The notes: generated by a model not told the origin, from the sequence alone. A DNA stretch of 54,145 bases, filler included, from Streblomastix strix (GCA_008636045.1; 3 parts of 3 records of this genome joined end to end with filler, not necessarily neighbours in it), one strand, 5' to 3'. Shown: positions 14,669-27,689, counted from the first letter of the whole stretch. Numbers and translations are program-made.

Positions 14669-17600
14669 ATGTAAGCGTAATATTACACACCTGTGATGGA
14701 TCGTGGCCCGCTTGGTGTGGGGAGAGGCTTTTCTCCTGGATTTTCTCCAATCTAAAACAGCGAGCAGTCCCCGGTCTCTATCGGAGATCTAGATGTAAAT
14801 AATGAATAAGCTAATGATGCTGAAAATTTTAGACAGACTGGAATTTCTAGAAAATCAACTGACGAGAGCAACGGCTCACAACCTAGAAAACAGCGCAGCA
14901 CGCCACATTCAACGCACTTAGGTGCTTAATAGTCACGTTCTGCGCACAAGTCATATTTACCATCGCTTTCTTCATTTGTGTAAACTCAAATGACTCCTCA
15001 GATAAAGGGAAACAGCCTCAACAAATAAAAAGCAGGATCCAAGCGCAAGTCTTCTTCAGATAAGATATCTCGCACTCGAAAAGCAAAATAATAATCTCCA
15101 TCGGATACAGACGAATCAACAGAATCAGATTTAGATTCCTTACATTCGCATAAAGTTAAAGTTTTCTCTCCTCTAGAACTAACATTTACTCCAGCGACCC
15201 TTCCGCTCTTTTCCACTTCACAAATTGCATAAAAACCAGCTTAAAATTCTTCATTTATGACATTTACTCCTTCAAAAAACATTTCTTTGCTATCCACACT
15301 TCAGACTCCACCAAGACCATATATTGCACCAAATTCATAAACATTTCAACCACTCTCTAATGCTTTTCCTTACTCTTCCTCCAACTACTATTAACTGTAA
15401 CTTAGATAACTTGAATAGTAACAACAACCTGTATAATTATTGATGCAACCACAATAATATCCTCGTTTTGATCTACTTCAGACTCAGAATGGATAATTTG
15501 TTGCAGTCCCATAAATTCCATAGTTAAAATAAGTGAAATAAAATAATGGTGATGAAGATGAATCAATTTCTGAGAAGAAGAGCAGAAGGTAATTATTAGA
15601 TTCATTTAATAAACGAAGAAAAGAAAAAGATAGAGATTAAGAATAAAATAAAAAAAGATCAAAATCAAATACCAATTCTAATGATAGAAAAAGTTCATAG
15701 CATTCAAATGGTGAGATTAAAATTAATAATAAAAAATCGCCAAATAAATCTATCACTTCATCACCTATTTCTAAATCATAAAAATAAAATAATAAATAAC
15801 CTTCAAATGAAAAGAAGAAAATATAAAGCAATAATTAAATGGAAATTAAATTAGAAATATAAAAGAAAGAAAGAAACTAAGAATCAGGAAATCTTCCAAT
15901 TCAGAATTCATTTGATAAACATTCACTTCGTAGAAGGAATACCCCATCCCCTACAATCCCAATTCAACCATCTCTTCAATAATCATAATAATAAGAATAT
16001 TATCCACTTAATACATCATAACAATCATAATATTAGTAATCTATTTCTCCTCCTAATATTATTAATGCATAATAACCTATTTAATAATCTTCATAATCCC
16101 ATTAACATGCATAACAACCATTAATCCATAGCTCTTCACCTTCATAGTAACATAATAGAAATAAGATCACCAATGATTAATAAGTAACAAATTAATTGTG
16201 GTAAACTATTGATAAGATGGGTCAAGTATTAGATGAGTTTAGAGAATCTATTTCTATGAGCAGAGAAATGGATTAAGATAATAATGAATTATAGTAAAAT
16301 TAAGAACATGATAAAAGAAGAAGTCTTAATAGAGATAATAAAGAAAAAGAGAATAGAAATAAGCAAAAAGATAAAAATAAAGAAAAAAGTAAGGATTAAG
16401 ATAAACATTAAAATAAATATAATTAAAAAACTGAAGATGAAAAACCACATAAACATTCTCATTAGCACCATCAGAAATCTCATCCATTATAATAATAACC
16501 ATAAGTTAATAATTAATAGCCAAATAAATTTAGTTAATTATAGGACAAATAATATTAATAATAAAATATATAAATTGATAATAGATAATAATAACCATAA
16601 GAAAGAGAATAATAATATTAATAATAAAGAGGTCGTGAACCAATTAGATAAATATATACATCAAAAGAGATTATAATTAATGATATGAATAAACCATTAA
16701 GATATTCATTAAGTGTCTAACCTTCTTCTTCTTCTTAATATAATACATAATTAAAGATTAATTCATATTCTCCTTCTCCATCTCCAATTCCCTTCCCTTC
16801 TTAATCACCATCTTATTCACCTTCTGTTTCTCCATCTTATATTCATTCATCTCCTTATTCACATTATAATACAAATACTCATTCAAATAGTTATAATAAT
16901 TATAATAATAATACTAATACTAACTATCCTAATAATACAAATACTAACTATCCTAATAATATAAATACTAATTCTCCAATTCATTAATAATCTTCTTCTC
17001 ATTCTCTTTATTAGAATTAATCTCCTTCTCCAAATCATTCACTTAATAACTAATAGATCAATTATCCACCAATATAGCATACTTATAATTCATAATAAAG
17101 ATATCCACCATCACATAGATCATAGAAACAACATCATTCTTAGCCACATCCACATTAGCATATACATAAACATATACATATTCATTAACGTTCTCCTTCT
17201 TCAACTTAATCTTAATCATAATCAAATTCTTTATCATCTTCATCTGTTTCTACTCATCCTTCTTATTCATATTCGCAATAATCTAATTATTCATCTTCAT
17301 AATCTAATTCTTATTCATCACAATCATTATCTACTTCTGACAGTAGAGTGAAATATAAATATAAATAGAAATAGAAATAGAAGGAGTAACATTCACATAG
17401 GAATCATAAAAGAAGATAATCATCAGAAAGATAAGATGATAAACATAAAGAGAATAAGAATAAGCATCAAATTAAATAAAGGAAAGATAATTAAGATAAT
17501 CGGAAGGAAAAGAAGGTGAATGAAAATAAAGAAAAAGATAAATAGAAAGAATAGGAAAAAGATAAATAATCAAAGAAAAAAGATAATAAAGAACCAAAAG

Positions 17601-17995
17601 AAGATGAAAAAGAAACTGAAATTATTAAAAAAGTACCAAAAGATAAGAATTAAGTAAAAAAGATTAAGCACTTTTAAAAAGCAGTCAATCAATCATTGAA
17701 ATAACTTCCTATTCTTTAATCTACTCCTTAAAGTTCACCTTCATCTTCTCCAAATTAAAATAATTAATAAAATTTAAAGCAGAAATAGTCAAAATAGAAT
17801 AATATAATAGAATAAGAATAAGAATAATAAAAACAAAAATAAGAACAACAATAATAAGAATGATAACATCCAAGTAAATCATAGTTAGCTTCAACATTTC
17901 TCACTGGTATTTCTTTTTCATAGGAAGATGATACCAGTAATGAAGGTAACAGTGAATTGAAGAATAATGAACGTGGAGAGAAATAAGATAAGAAA
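14669..17995 (+). CDS. Large low-complexity (Q/S/N/K/P-rich) hypothetical protein, 3' truncated
   Basis: Code-6 frame from MQAQYYTPVMDRGPLGVGRGFSPG appears open to the contig end. No recognisable domain. Confidence 0.65.
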
Positions 17996-18095
17996 NNNNN
18001 NNNNNNNNNNNNNNNNNNNNNNNNNNNNNNNNNNNNNNNTTAATTAATTAANNNNNNNNNNNNNNNNNNNNNNNNNNNNNNNNNNNNNNNNNNNN
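17996..18095. other. Artificial contig-joining spacer
   Basis: 44 N + TTAATTAATTAA + 44 N, a six-frame TAA stop linker. Confidence 0.97.
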
Positions 18096-18941
18096 TCATG
18101 GGAAATAGATATTGTATTTTCAATGAATCCTGAGTTAGTTAGAATTAATTAAATTTATTTATTCTGTATTAACATCAATACTAAATATCTTGTTATATAT
18201 CCATTACATAGTAAATCATAAGGGGATATTGAAAAAACATTGTAAAATTTGGTTTGAAATAAGCATGTTACACATATCAGAGGTGATGGTGAAAAAGGAT
18301 TTGCCAGCAATTAACTTATGTAATTTTATAACAAGAATGATATTAAGACTTATTTTGTGAATGGCTCTCAAGAATTAACGAATCATAATCGTGTTGCTGA
18401 TTCTGTAATAAGAACAATAAGAGATGCTTTTGGATAAGATGACAGATCGTTTTCTAATCCCAAGTTAATGTAACAAATGGTTGATCTTTACAACGATACT
18501 CCTCATGGTGCATTTGATAATTAATTTACACCTAAGTAAGTGAATACTTAATAAGAGCTTGAAGCTTATTTCATAAGGAAGAATGATAAAAAATTACGAG
18601 ATGTAAGATAAGAATAATATGAAGATGGACTAACTAAATATAAACCTGGAAATATTTTAATGATTCATGTTGATTACTTACGTATAATGCATCGTTATAT
18701 GAAGTAAAGAAGAAATTTCAATGAATTAGCTAAGTTTATTAAATATGATGGTGGTAATGTAGAGTGCTTATTATTAAACCCATTTTCTGATTTAGATAAG
18801 ATAAGTGTACCAATATATTATACAAAGTACATCTGTGAAAATGAATAATAATTAAATTAACCTTAATTAATAAAATTTAATTAATAATTTTTTTAATTGA
18901 AAACTTTTATAAAAATATTTTATTTTTCAACAAAAAAATGA
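18096..18941 (+). pseudogene. Retroviral-type (rve) integrase, 5' truncated, one internal TGA
   Basis: SWEIDIVF...YLFCININTKYL...IRGDGEKGF...NRVADSVIRTIR...YNDTPH...FTP. Internal TGA at 18255. Confidence 0.85.
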
Positions 18942-19210
18942 GTTAAGTTTATATGAATATTCATGATGGAAGATTATGCAAATATTCAACAAAGGAAGAA
19001 GCAATTAAAGTTGCAAAATAGCAAAGGAAATAAAGATTAATTAGATTATAAACATAAAATAGATAATTTATTAACAGTGTCTCAGATTCTTAATTATTTC
19101 TCATTAAGAGATTATAAAGTATTATTATTTCTGATTCTCTTGAAGTAGATAGAATACATGAAATTATAAATAAGTATGAATAATAAGAATAATAATACGA
19201 AAGTATTTGA
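18938..19210 (+). CDS. Small basic hypothetical protein, conserved in element 2
   Basis: MSQVYMNIHDGNYAKYSTKEEAIKVAKQQRK matches KQFQTEDQAKNIARQQRK in the ORF at 45871. Confidence 0.6.
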
Positions 19211-19247
19211 AAAAATATATGAATTAATGTAAAAAATATAAGAAATT

Positions 19248-20321
19248 TCATTCTTTCTTATGAATTTTCGTAGATTTAGTTAATTTCTTATGTAAATCAG
19301 ACTATGCCTTAGCTGATTGTATTAGTTATGAAGTTGGAATAAACTTTTTCTTAAGCTTTGAATCTTTCTAACCTACTGGAACTACTGGTTTCTTCATATA
19401 AGGTTGAGGATTACCAAATTATTCATATTTATAACCAGCTTTATATGTTTCAAATGGAGATCTACCATAGATATCATTAATTGGTGGTCTACCCCAATCT
19501 AAAGCTCCAATATCATAGACAGTATTAAGATAATTTGCAGCAAGCATTTCTGATTATATTTATTATAGTTATTCATCCGTTAATTTTTCTTAAGCTAATG
19601 ATTATTCTCCAGCTATTTCTGAAACGTAAGCTGAATCTGGATGAAGTTCATCATTATCAGTAGGATATTCTTTGTTTAATTCCTTAGTTACCTATTCTTT
19701 TTACTTTTATGATCCATAATTCAACAATTCATTCAATTATTCTTCTTGTGTAACTACTGGACCTTTAGATCTTAAATCCATCTATGGTTAATTTAATCTT
19801 GCATTAATATTTCCCTCATAACTCTAAGCATTCTCAGTATATTTCTATTCTATTAACCTACCTTGTTCATTTAATCTGAAGGTAGTTTCATAAAGATCTG
19901 ATAATAAGCTTTTTGGAAAAAGCTCAGTATAAACTTACCGTCTATCTTTATGATCAGTTATTGCAGATATTCCAAATCTAGCTTCCTTTTCTGATATTTT
20001 TGTAATTCAACGCATAACTTCTTCTTCAATTGGTTTTAATTATGAAGCAGTCATTCCTATCTTAAATCTCAGGCCACTATTTAAGATTATATCTGGTATT
20101 TCAGCAACTAGTTCAGGTCTATATCTTTAATATCTAAGTGTTCTAAATTTACCAACAGCTTTCATCTTAGATTTATAATCACCACCAGCTTGTTGTTTCT
20201 TAAACTTCTCCATACTACTATTAATGAGTTCATCAAGACTAGTCAATGGAACTTTTGATAACTCTAATTCATATTCATTAGGTTTATATGTTTTTTTACC
20301 CTTCTTTCCTTTCTTAGACAT
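19248..20321 (-). pseudogene. Hypothetical viral protein with basic termini (possible core/DNA-binding protein), one internal TGA
   Basis: MSKKGKKGKKTYK...LDWGRPPINDIYGRSPFETYKAGY..., homologous to LNWGTAPVNQYYCKTPYATKRIGY near 46400 on the minus strand. Confidence 0.6.
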
Positions 20322-20339
20322 TTACTTACATTATTTTAA

Positions 20340-20450
20340 ATGTAAACAAAGTAAATCAAATTTCTAATGATTTGTGATATATTAATAACAATTTCATCTT
20401 GTTTATTACTTGTTGTATAGATAATTAAAATTTAGAGTAAAAATAATTGA
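20340..20450 (+). CDS. 36-aa single-transmembrane peptide
   Basis: MQTKQIKFLMICDILITISSCLLLVVQIIKIQSKNN*, with a syntenic homologue at 47286-47378. Confidence 0.55.
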
Positions 20451-20489
20451 AGAAAAACATAGGTATTTTATATATTTTTAAACCAAAAG

Positions 20490-20708
20490 CACATTACAAT
20501 AGAATAATTTCTTGTATATTCTAATTTTTTTAGTTCATTATTATGTGTTGCAACTAAATCAGATCCTGAAATTGAACTTATATTTCTCTTACGGTAGTAT
20601 AATAAACATCTTAAGATGGAATAACTCAAATAAATCATTGGTATTGCTTTAGATACTGGTGAATAAGAATCATTCTTAAAATTAGTATATTACCTTAATG
20701 AAAAATGA
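20490..20708 (+). CDS. Small conserved hypothetical protein (start uncertain)
   Basis: ...SLLCVATKSDPEIELIFLLRQYNKHLKMEQLKQII... aligns with 47430-47645. Confidence 0.55.
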
Positions 20709-20742
20709 ATACAACAGTATATTTATTTTTGAAATTAAAGTA

Positions 20743-22225
20743 ATGTCATCCTTTAGCTTATAAATACTGTGTTCTGACTCAGATTCTGATTATGTAACTT
20801 GAAAGACATCAATTCCCAGTGATTCTAAGTCATTTTAAGTAAATTTTCTTAATAACATGCCAATAAATCTTACTTATTACTTGAATCAAGATTACTTAGA
20901 GATATCTCATGGTATGTAATCATCTATAAATAAGAAATACTACGAATAATATAATATTCGTAATGGAACATACAAATTAACAGAGATAACTGAGATTCCA
21001 ACTATAAAAATAAACTTCAATACTACTATTAACAAAAGATACACTAACGAATAGAATTATCAAGGATATTAATATGCTCTCTTAACCATGGTTATAACTT
21101 CAGCATAGTTAGATGAGTTCGTAGATTCTTAAGAAAAGTACTTTCAGATGATAGACACTAGTAATCATGGAGTAATTTGCATTAATAATGCTTCTAATGA
21201 ACATACTTAGAAGTTATCAGATGGAAAATACTCATTGAATATTAATGATAGTTAAGATATAGTATCTTCTGCAATAAATTATATTATTCTAAGATTAGAT
21301 TCATTTCTATATAAGTACTTTACATAATCTAATGGTTGTTACTACAGATTAATAGGTATCAATCGTTTATATTGCCCTACGATAAATAACTTCATAACAA
21401 CTATTGAACCATTCTTAACAACAACATCAGTTCATTCAGTTAAAATACGATACTTACATGGAAAATAATTCCATATCAATGATGTTAATATAATAGAAGA
21501 AGTAATAGCTTTACCAAAGAATATTTAATAACCAACTATGTAATCAATCACTAACAGTATCAGTACGTATCCAGTAAGAATAATATCTTCAATTCGTTGT
21601 TAGAATTCTAATGATTGGAATATTATATATACTGCTGTTAACAGACTTTAATATTATAAATAATATGTTCTTGATGTATTAACTCAGTTTTCAACTATGA
21701 ATTATTAAGCTAGTCCTTAGATTCTATGGTAACCAAGGAGATTAACTCTATCACCTAATTTATTCAAATAATTAACTGGTGCATTTGATTTATATGATGG
21801 ATTATCTGAGAATGCTGCAAATCCTATCGTTAATAATGCTTCATCAGTGAAATTTATTGACTTAGAAACTTGGTATTATAAAAACTCAGTATGATTCTTA
21901 TAGTTAAATTGCTGATACTCCAATTCTATGTTCATTGATTGGAATTTTCCATTAATATCCTCAGATGCTTATAATTTCTGTCTCTAACGAGTTATAAGGT
22001 ATCACATTATAAGGAAAAGATGGTTAAGGATTCTTAAATGTATGCTACAAGTAAAATCTTATTGGTGCACCACTATTATTGGGTTAAAATATGTTATCTT
22101 AAGAATGTACGATAGGCTAATACAAAAATGTTATATTCATTTTATATGACAATTATGGAAGAAAAATAATTAATTAATATATTGATATGTATAATAATTT
22201 ATTATTAGAAATTCAATCTTAGTGA
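20743..22225 (+). pseudogene. Putative minor capsid (penton-like) protein
   Basis: About 490 codons, beta-rich, C-terminal FILYDNYGRKI...LLLEI typical of Polinton-type pentons. Clear paralogue at 47666-49162. Internal TGAs and frameshift. Function is inferred. Confidence 0.55.
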
Positions 22226-22393
22226 CACTCTTTGAATTACATAATACCATTGATTTTCCTTATTTTTACTTAACTTAATATATTTAATATTGGATCATTA
22301 ATAATTATTAATTCTGCAAATGTAATACTATTATTAATCATGTTTATAATTGCAAAAATAATTATAACAAGCATATTTTATTTCTCCACCTTT

Positions 22394-24352
22394 TCATCCA
22401 CTTCTAAGCATAGTCCCACCAACTTCACCTATGATTTCAAAGTTTAAAACCAATGGTTCAGGTGCATCATCAAAAGTAAATCTAATGATAGCATCGTATA
22501 GATAGTGCATCTAAAGAGTTATTTGAGCATTTCTTGGAGTAGGATAAGCTCTTGTTGCAATAAATTGTAAAAGATTATTCTAATCATCTTAGATTCCAGG
22601 AGCTGCATCAAGTATCTATGAATTATCTATTATTCCTTGAGTTATACTCCCTTATAAAGTAACTTGAATATACGTTCTTGCACCCATTTTGTTGAACTAT
22701 ATTATTTCATAAATGAATCATAAGTTGCCATCTTCCATGCAAGCATAAATTTATGATGATAATGTATTTTTACTGCTTTATTTCCTATGTACAACGTTGT
22801 ATTATAGAATATATTTTCTCTATCAATATAACTAGTGCCCATTTGTCCATAGTAATTGCCATTTGATTCATTTATAGTTTGATTTTGAAAATTCAATGAA
22901 TGATATAAATCTGTAGGTGCTGAAACTAAGTCTTACTCAACAAAAAATTTGAATATCTATCCTGTAACCATTGGATTCATCGATACATATTCTTACTAAA
23001 TAATATGTCGCTGATCAATTTCCAAATTAAACTTCTAAAATAACACAGGAAACATCCAAATTGGATATTAATTCAATGCAAATGTAATAAACATAGCTTT
23101 TATGTTTGAACACGACATCGTACTCTACATTGAACCACCATTTTCTGAAAATCCACGAAATGGGAAGTTACTTGATTATGTACGTATAATTTACATTAAG
23201 AAATTCAATATTTTTTGAGTTCTTATCATATCAATGATTGCTTATTCATTTTCCATGTCAAAACTCACATTATTAATATCTAACTTAATGAATCTTGCTT
23301 CCTTAATTTAATTTATTGAATTTGTAGGTCTTCTTTCATCACGAGCTTTTCCTTCCATATTAACTAATCTTACAGAAAATCCTAAATATGCAGCTACAGC
23401 TGCATTAATTAAGAAAATTAGATCTGATTTCTCTGTTGGAATCATTTAATAAGCAAGATGTTAGTTAGTTATTGTATCAGTCATATTCAAATATACAACC
23501 TTCAGATATTATAAGAAATCTTAAGTCTAAGTATAAATATAACGATGCATAGTTACGTTTTAACACTGGAAATGAATTGAATATTGGATTTAACTAATTT
23601 AAGTCAAGTACTCCAACAATAATTATTGGATATGTAATTAATTAATTAAAGCTTCCAGCAGCAAAAGCTTCAACAGGTATATCTATGAAAACTCCACAAT
23701 GTCTTCTGCCACTAACAACTGTTTCTAAAGGTGATACACTTACAGAATTTTTTGTACATGAATCAGATAATGAATTTGCAGCTATCACAGCTTATTCTCT
23801 TGCATATCTTGATGTCTCCCATAGTTTTGTATAATCTTTACAGATTGCTATTTATTAGAATGGTCCACAAGCTATTGAATAACCAAGCCAGAACTTAACA
23901 TATTCATTCGGATTGATTGGCATTTCTTTATCTTTAGCACCAACTGCCATAGTGCGAACCCAATCTGCTTATAGATCCTCTAATCCATTGAAATTTACTC
24001 TTGCTCTTGCTATTGCCTTTGAATTTAGAGCTGTAGATAATCCTGGAATTAAATTAAGTTATAGTGCCAATCTCTCTCCAGGAATTGTTATTAACCAGCA
24101 GATTTAACATGATTATGCCATAGAGCTAGTTTCTTAACCTCTTGCACCTAATGGAGCTAATGTATATCTTTATCCATCACTTGTAAGTTAATTAATAGGT
24201 TAATCAAAGAATTTTAATCTACTTATATTAAAAATCTATGGATGAATAGAAGCCTATCTCAATACTTCTGACATTGCTGAATAAATAGATATATAATCAG
24301 AATGTTAAACACGAGCTAATTTTTAAATATAATCACTTGCTGAGAAACTCAT
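22394..24352 (-). pseudogene. Putative major capsid protein (double jelly-roll inferred)
   Basis: About 650 codons: MSFSASDYIQKLARV...KFWLGYSIACGPFQQIAIC...LDLNQLNPIFNSFPV...KFMLAWKMAT...HYLYDAIIRFTFDDAPEPLVLNFEIIGEVGG. Several frameshifts. Size and context fit an MCP; the fold is not verified. Confidence 0.6.
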
Positions 24353-24407
24353 TAAGTTTGATTTACTTAGAATTTAAAACAGTAAGTAAGTTTTATTATT
24401 CAATCAT

Positions 24408-24647
24408 ATACATTAACTAGAAAATCAAATTAAATTCAATAAGGGATTCTTCTCTGGTTTGAAAAATTTCGAAAGTAAGATATTAGGTGGTATTAAGAAA
24501 GTTGCAGACTGGGATACGCCTACTTTACATAAAGTAATGGGTACTTTAAGTGGACCATTCAGTATATTACATCCAGGAGCTGGATAGATCATGGGAACTA
24601 TAGGTAATATTGCTTGTGGATTAGATAGGCATTTAAATAAGAGATGA
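24408..24647 (+). CDS. Gly-rich amphipathic peptide resembling the adenovirus protein VI lytic helix (start codon unclear)
   Basis: KGFFSGLKNFESKILGGIKKVADWDTPTLHKVMGTLSGPFSILHPGAGQIMGTIGNIACGLDRHLNKR*. Confidence 0.55.
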
Positions 24648-24699
24648 TAATAAAATACTTATAAAAATAATCAGAATAATTATTTTTCTAAAAATAAAA

Positions 24700-24933
24700 T
24701 CATCAATAGAAGATTTATATAAATTTGCTTAAACACTAGGAAAAGAAAATAATGCCTCTGAATATGAAGTGTTAAAAATATTTGAAGCATTGATTGATGA
24801 TAAGGAATTAGATGATTTGTAATAATAGTTCTATGATTAGAAAAAATAGGAATGTAATGAAAGATATGGTCTGATATCAGAAAAAACTTGTGAAGTCATT
24901 GGTTATCTTCACTACTTAGATACGTTAAGATGA
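24700..24933 (+). CDS. Small acidic hypothetical protein
   Basis: SIEDLYKFAQTLGKEN...IGYLHYLDTLR* is open in code 6; start uncertain. Confidence 0.4.
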
Positions 24934-24939
24934 GTTAAT

Positions 24940-25361
24940 TGATAATATGCACAAAATAGTTGATTATCTACGTCTGTAACAAATTAATTATATATCTGTT
25001 TTTCATCATCATCAGTTGCTTCAGATATAATATATTTCTTTATTTATTATGGTTATTAATTCAAATCCATCTTCTTCTTGATTTGATTATATTCTTTTGC
25101 ATAATATTTATTATTCTCACCATATATTTTAATTTTATAGTCTTCATCATCAATAAATTATTTAATTGACTATAATTTACTCTATTAAGTTGTGAATTAC
25201 TTATTAATTCTTATTAATTCTTTAAGTAATATATGTTATGAATCTTATTTACTTTTCATCAGCTGATTCTATAGTGCTTCCATCATTGTTTTAATTAAAT
25301 CATCGTCTTCATAGTTTGTTTTTGGTAGTTCAGCGAATAATTATTTAAGCGGTTTGGACAT
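24940..25361 (-). pseudogene. Hypothetical coiled-coil protein, probably frameshifted
   Basis: MSKPLKQLFAELPKTNYEDDDLIKTMMEALQNQL... Confidence 0.4.
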
Positions 25362-25400
25362 TTAATATCAAAAATAAATTATTAACATTTCTTAATATTT

Positions 25401-27634
25401 TCATGGAGGAACAGCCCCTAATGTTACTGGTTTAGCTCTCCAACATATTTTAGGTCCATCACTATAGAATCCTCCATTTGTATCTACGCTATTTACACCC
25501 CATAGATTGGACTTTCTGTTGAATAATTAACTAAACCATTACTAGCACCGTTAATTGCACCGATTCCAGCAATTACTTATCCATTAAAAGATAATGTGTT
25601 TCCATCTGTTGAGATCATTAATCCTTAATTATCCTGACCAAGTTGAATATTAACTCCAATTCTTAATTCTCCAATAGGTGTATTTACTATTTTCCAGTAA
25701 TCTGTTAATGTTCCATCAGTTGAATTTGGATTACATCCTAGATAAATTCCACTATAATTAATAGCTTCAGAACGAGATATTCTTATTCCCTCATTATAAC
25801 TATTACTAGATGGTTTTATTTAAAATATATTACTAAATGTCTTTCTACCTGTAATGGTTTAATCAGTTCTAACATCAACTAATTCATTACTATTAAATTT
25901 AAATTATGTACAATCACTATTAATACTTAATCCAACACTATGGTCAGCTTATCGTAGAGACGATGGGTTAATTGTTAGTGCCCTATCACTTATTTTACTT
26001 ATCTCCCATTAACCTAATTGTGTAGTATATATAGCTGTAGTTGAACATCCGAAATATAATGATGAGCATTCAGTGTTATAGTTTCCAATTCTAAAACTAT
26101 TATTAAACGTAGTATAAGTTTGGCCTGTCGGATTAACTTATAGCATATTATTTATTATACCACCATTAGCTAAATTATAGGTAATTGGTATTTATATACC
26201 ATTTGATATTCCTGAGACTACATCTTATGTTAATATCTCTGTGATTCTATCAGTATAATAAGTGCTTTAATCAGATGCAACTATCGTAACGTTACCAGCA
26301 GATTCTAATCTAACATATGCTGAATAAATAGCTGATGTATCAGAGCCTGAATGATTATGAAATAATTAATTAACACCTTAATCTATATCATAGTATGAAT
26401 TAACTTTAGTTGCAGCTGTAAATATTCCATATATAGTATTGATTCCATTAACAGTATAATAAGGTTCTAATCTAATGGTTTGAACAGAATTGTAAGATGA
26501 ATATAATTTAAATTCAATGAATGGGCTACCTGCACTAGCACCAGCAGGAAATACACATAATCTAATCCATCCACCTGCACTAGCGTTATATGATCTAGAA
26601 AATTTGCAATCTATTGTAGTTGTATCACCATTAGCACACAATACTTCTGTAGCTGTTCCTCCTGATTTAATAAATTTAGTTGCTATACCATTTCCATCGT
26701 AAGTTAGTTACTGAGGATGAAGATGATCATGTCTTGAATAATATGCTGATGTACAAATATTTCCGACTCCATTAACTACAGGTACAATTGAAGCATTTGT
26801 TTAGACATTAATAGAATGAGAATGATCATTTCTAGAGTATGAATCAACTGTACCATAAGATCCATCTGCTGAATCACTATTATAAATAGTAATTACAGTC
26901 TAAATTGGATGTTAATGATCAGATCTAGCATAAGAACTAGCTTGTCCAACAGTATTTACAGATGTATCTTTACTTGGTAAAACATCAGAAACTTATAGTG
27001 GATGCTTATGATCTCCTCTACAGTACTCATTTGAAGTTCCTGCAGCATCAGTTCCACTCCAAACTAATGGAATATCATCACTTGCAAGAGTTACTTAATC
27101 AGGAACCATATCTCCACTGTTATATCAATTCTAATCATACATCCATACTGTACCACTTTCAGCTGAAAAAGCAAAATCACCATTGGCAGAATTAGGTCAA
27201 TTTTATATATCTGTGTTCAATAAATAGTAACCTCTAAAATGTGTTTATTTGTTAAGTTCATCATTAATATCATTAATTTATTATTATAATCCACCAATAT
27301 CTTATGTTGCTGTTCCAAACGTCTATTATAATACGTTAACTTCTTATTCTAATGTAGTTATTTTACGTAAGAAATCAATATTTAATAAATTTTTATTCTT
27401 CAATGTCATAACACCATTGGTTTCCAGTTTCATGGCATAATTCAATGGATTATCTATTGGTGCATATATTTATGAGTTATAATCATCAACTATTGATTAA
27501 TATTCACTTCCTGAAAATTAACTACTGGAACTTGATGAATTTCTTGAATATTGTATCAAATATTGGAAATCAAATTATATTTATGAACGAATAACTTAGA
27601 TCTATTATTAACTCAAGGTTTTAGCTAATATCAT
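25401..27634 (-). pseudogene. Phage-like tail-fibre / receptor-binding protein
   Basis: N-terminal coiled coil; four YxRxDHxH repeats (YCRGDHKHP, YARSDHQHP, YSRNDHSHS, YSRHDHLHP; about 26715-27030); FIKSGGTATEVLCANG; DQTITGRKTF; two GxRI...I/LYxGC...W beta modules. Two internal TGAs and a late frameshift. Confidence 0.75.
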
Positions 27635-27689
27635 ATTTGAATAAAGAAAAATAAATATAATCATATAACTTATGATTCGTTCTTTAGTA

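Noticed and set aside
17996..18095. TTAATTAATTAA palindrome within N runs (also at 36086-36185) as a biological motif or as linkage between segments
   Set aside because: Identical artificial spacers joining contigs of similar, descending length. Elements 1 and 2 cannot be treated as one locus.
20330..20610. Apparent conserved minus-strand ORF (SSISGSDLVAT vs RSISVGAFVAT near 47500)
   Set aside because: Antisense shadow of the better-supported plus-strand ORFs.
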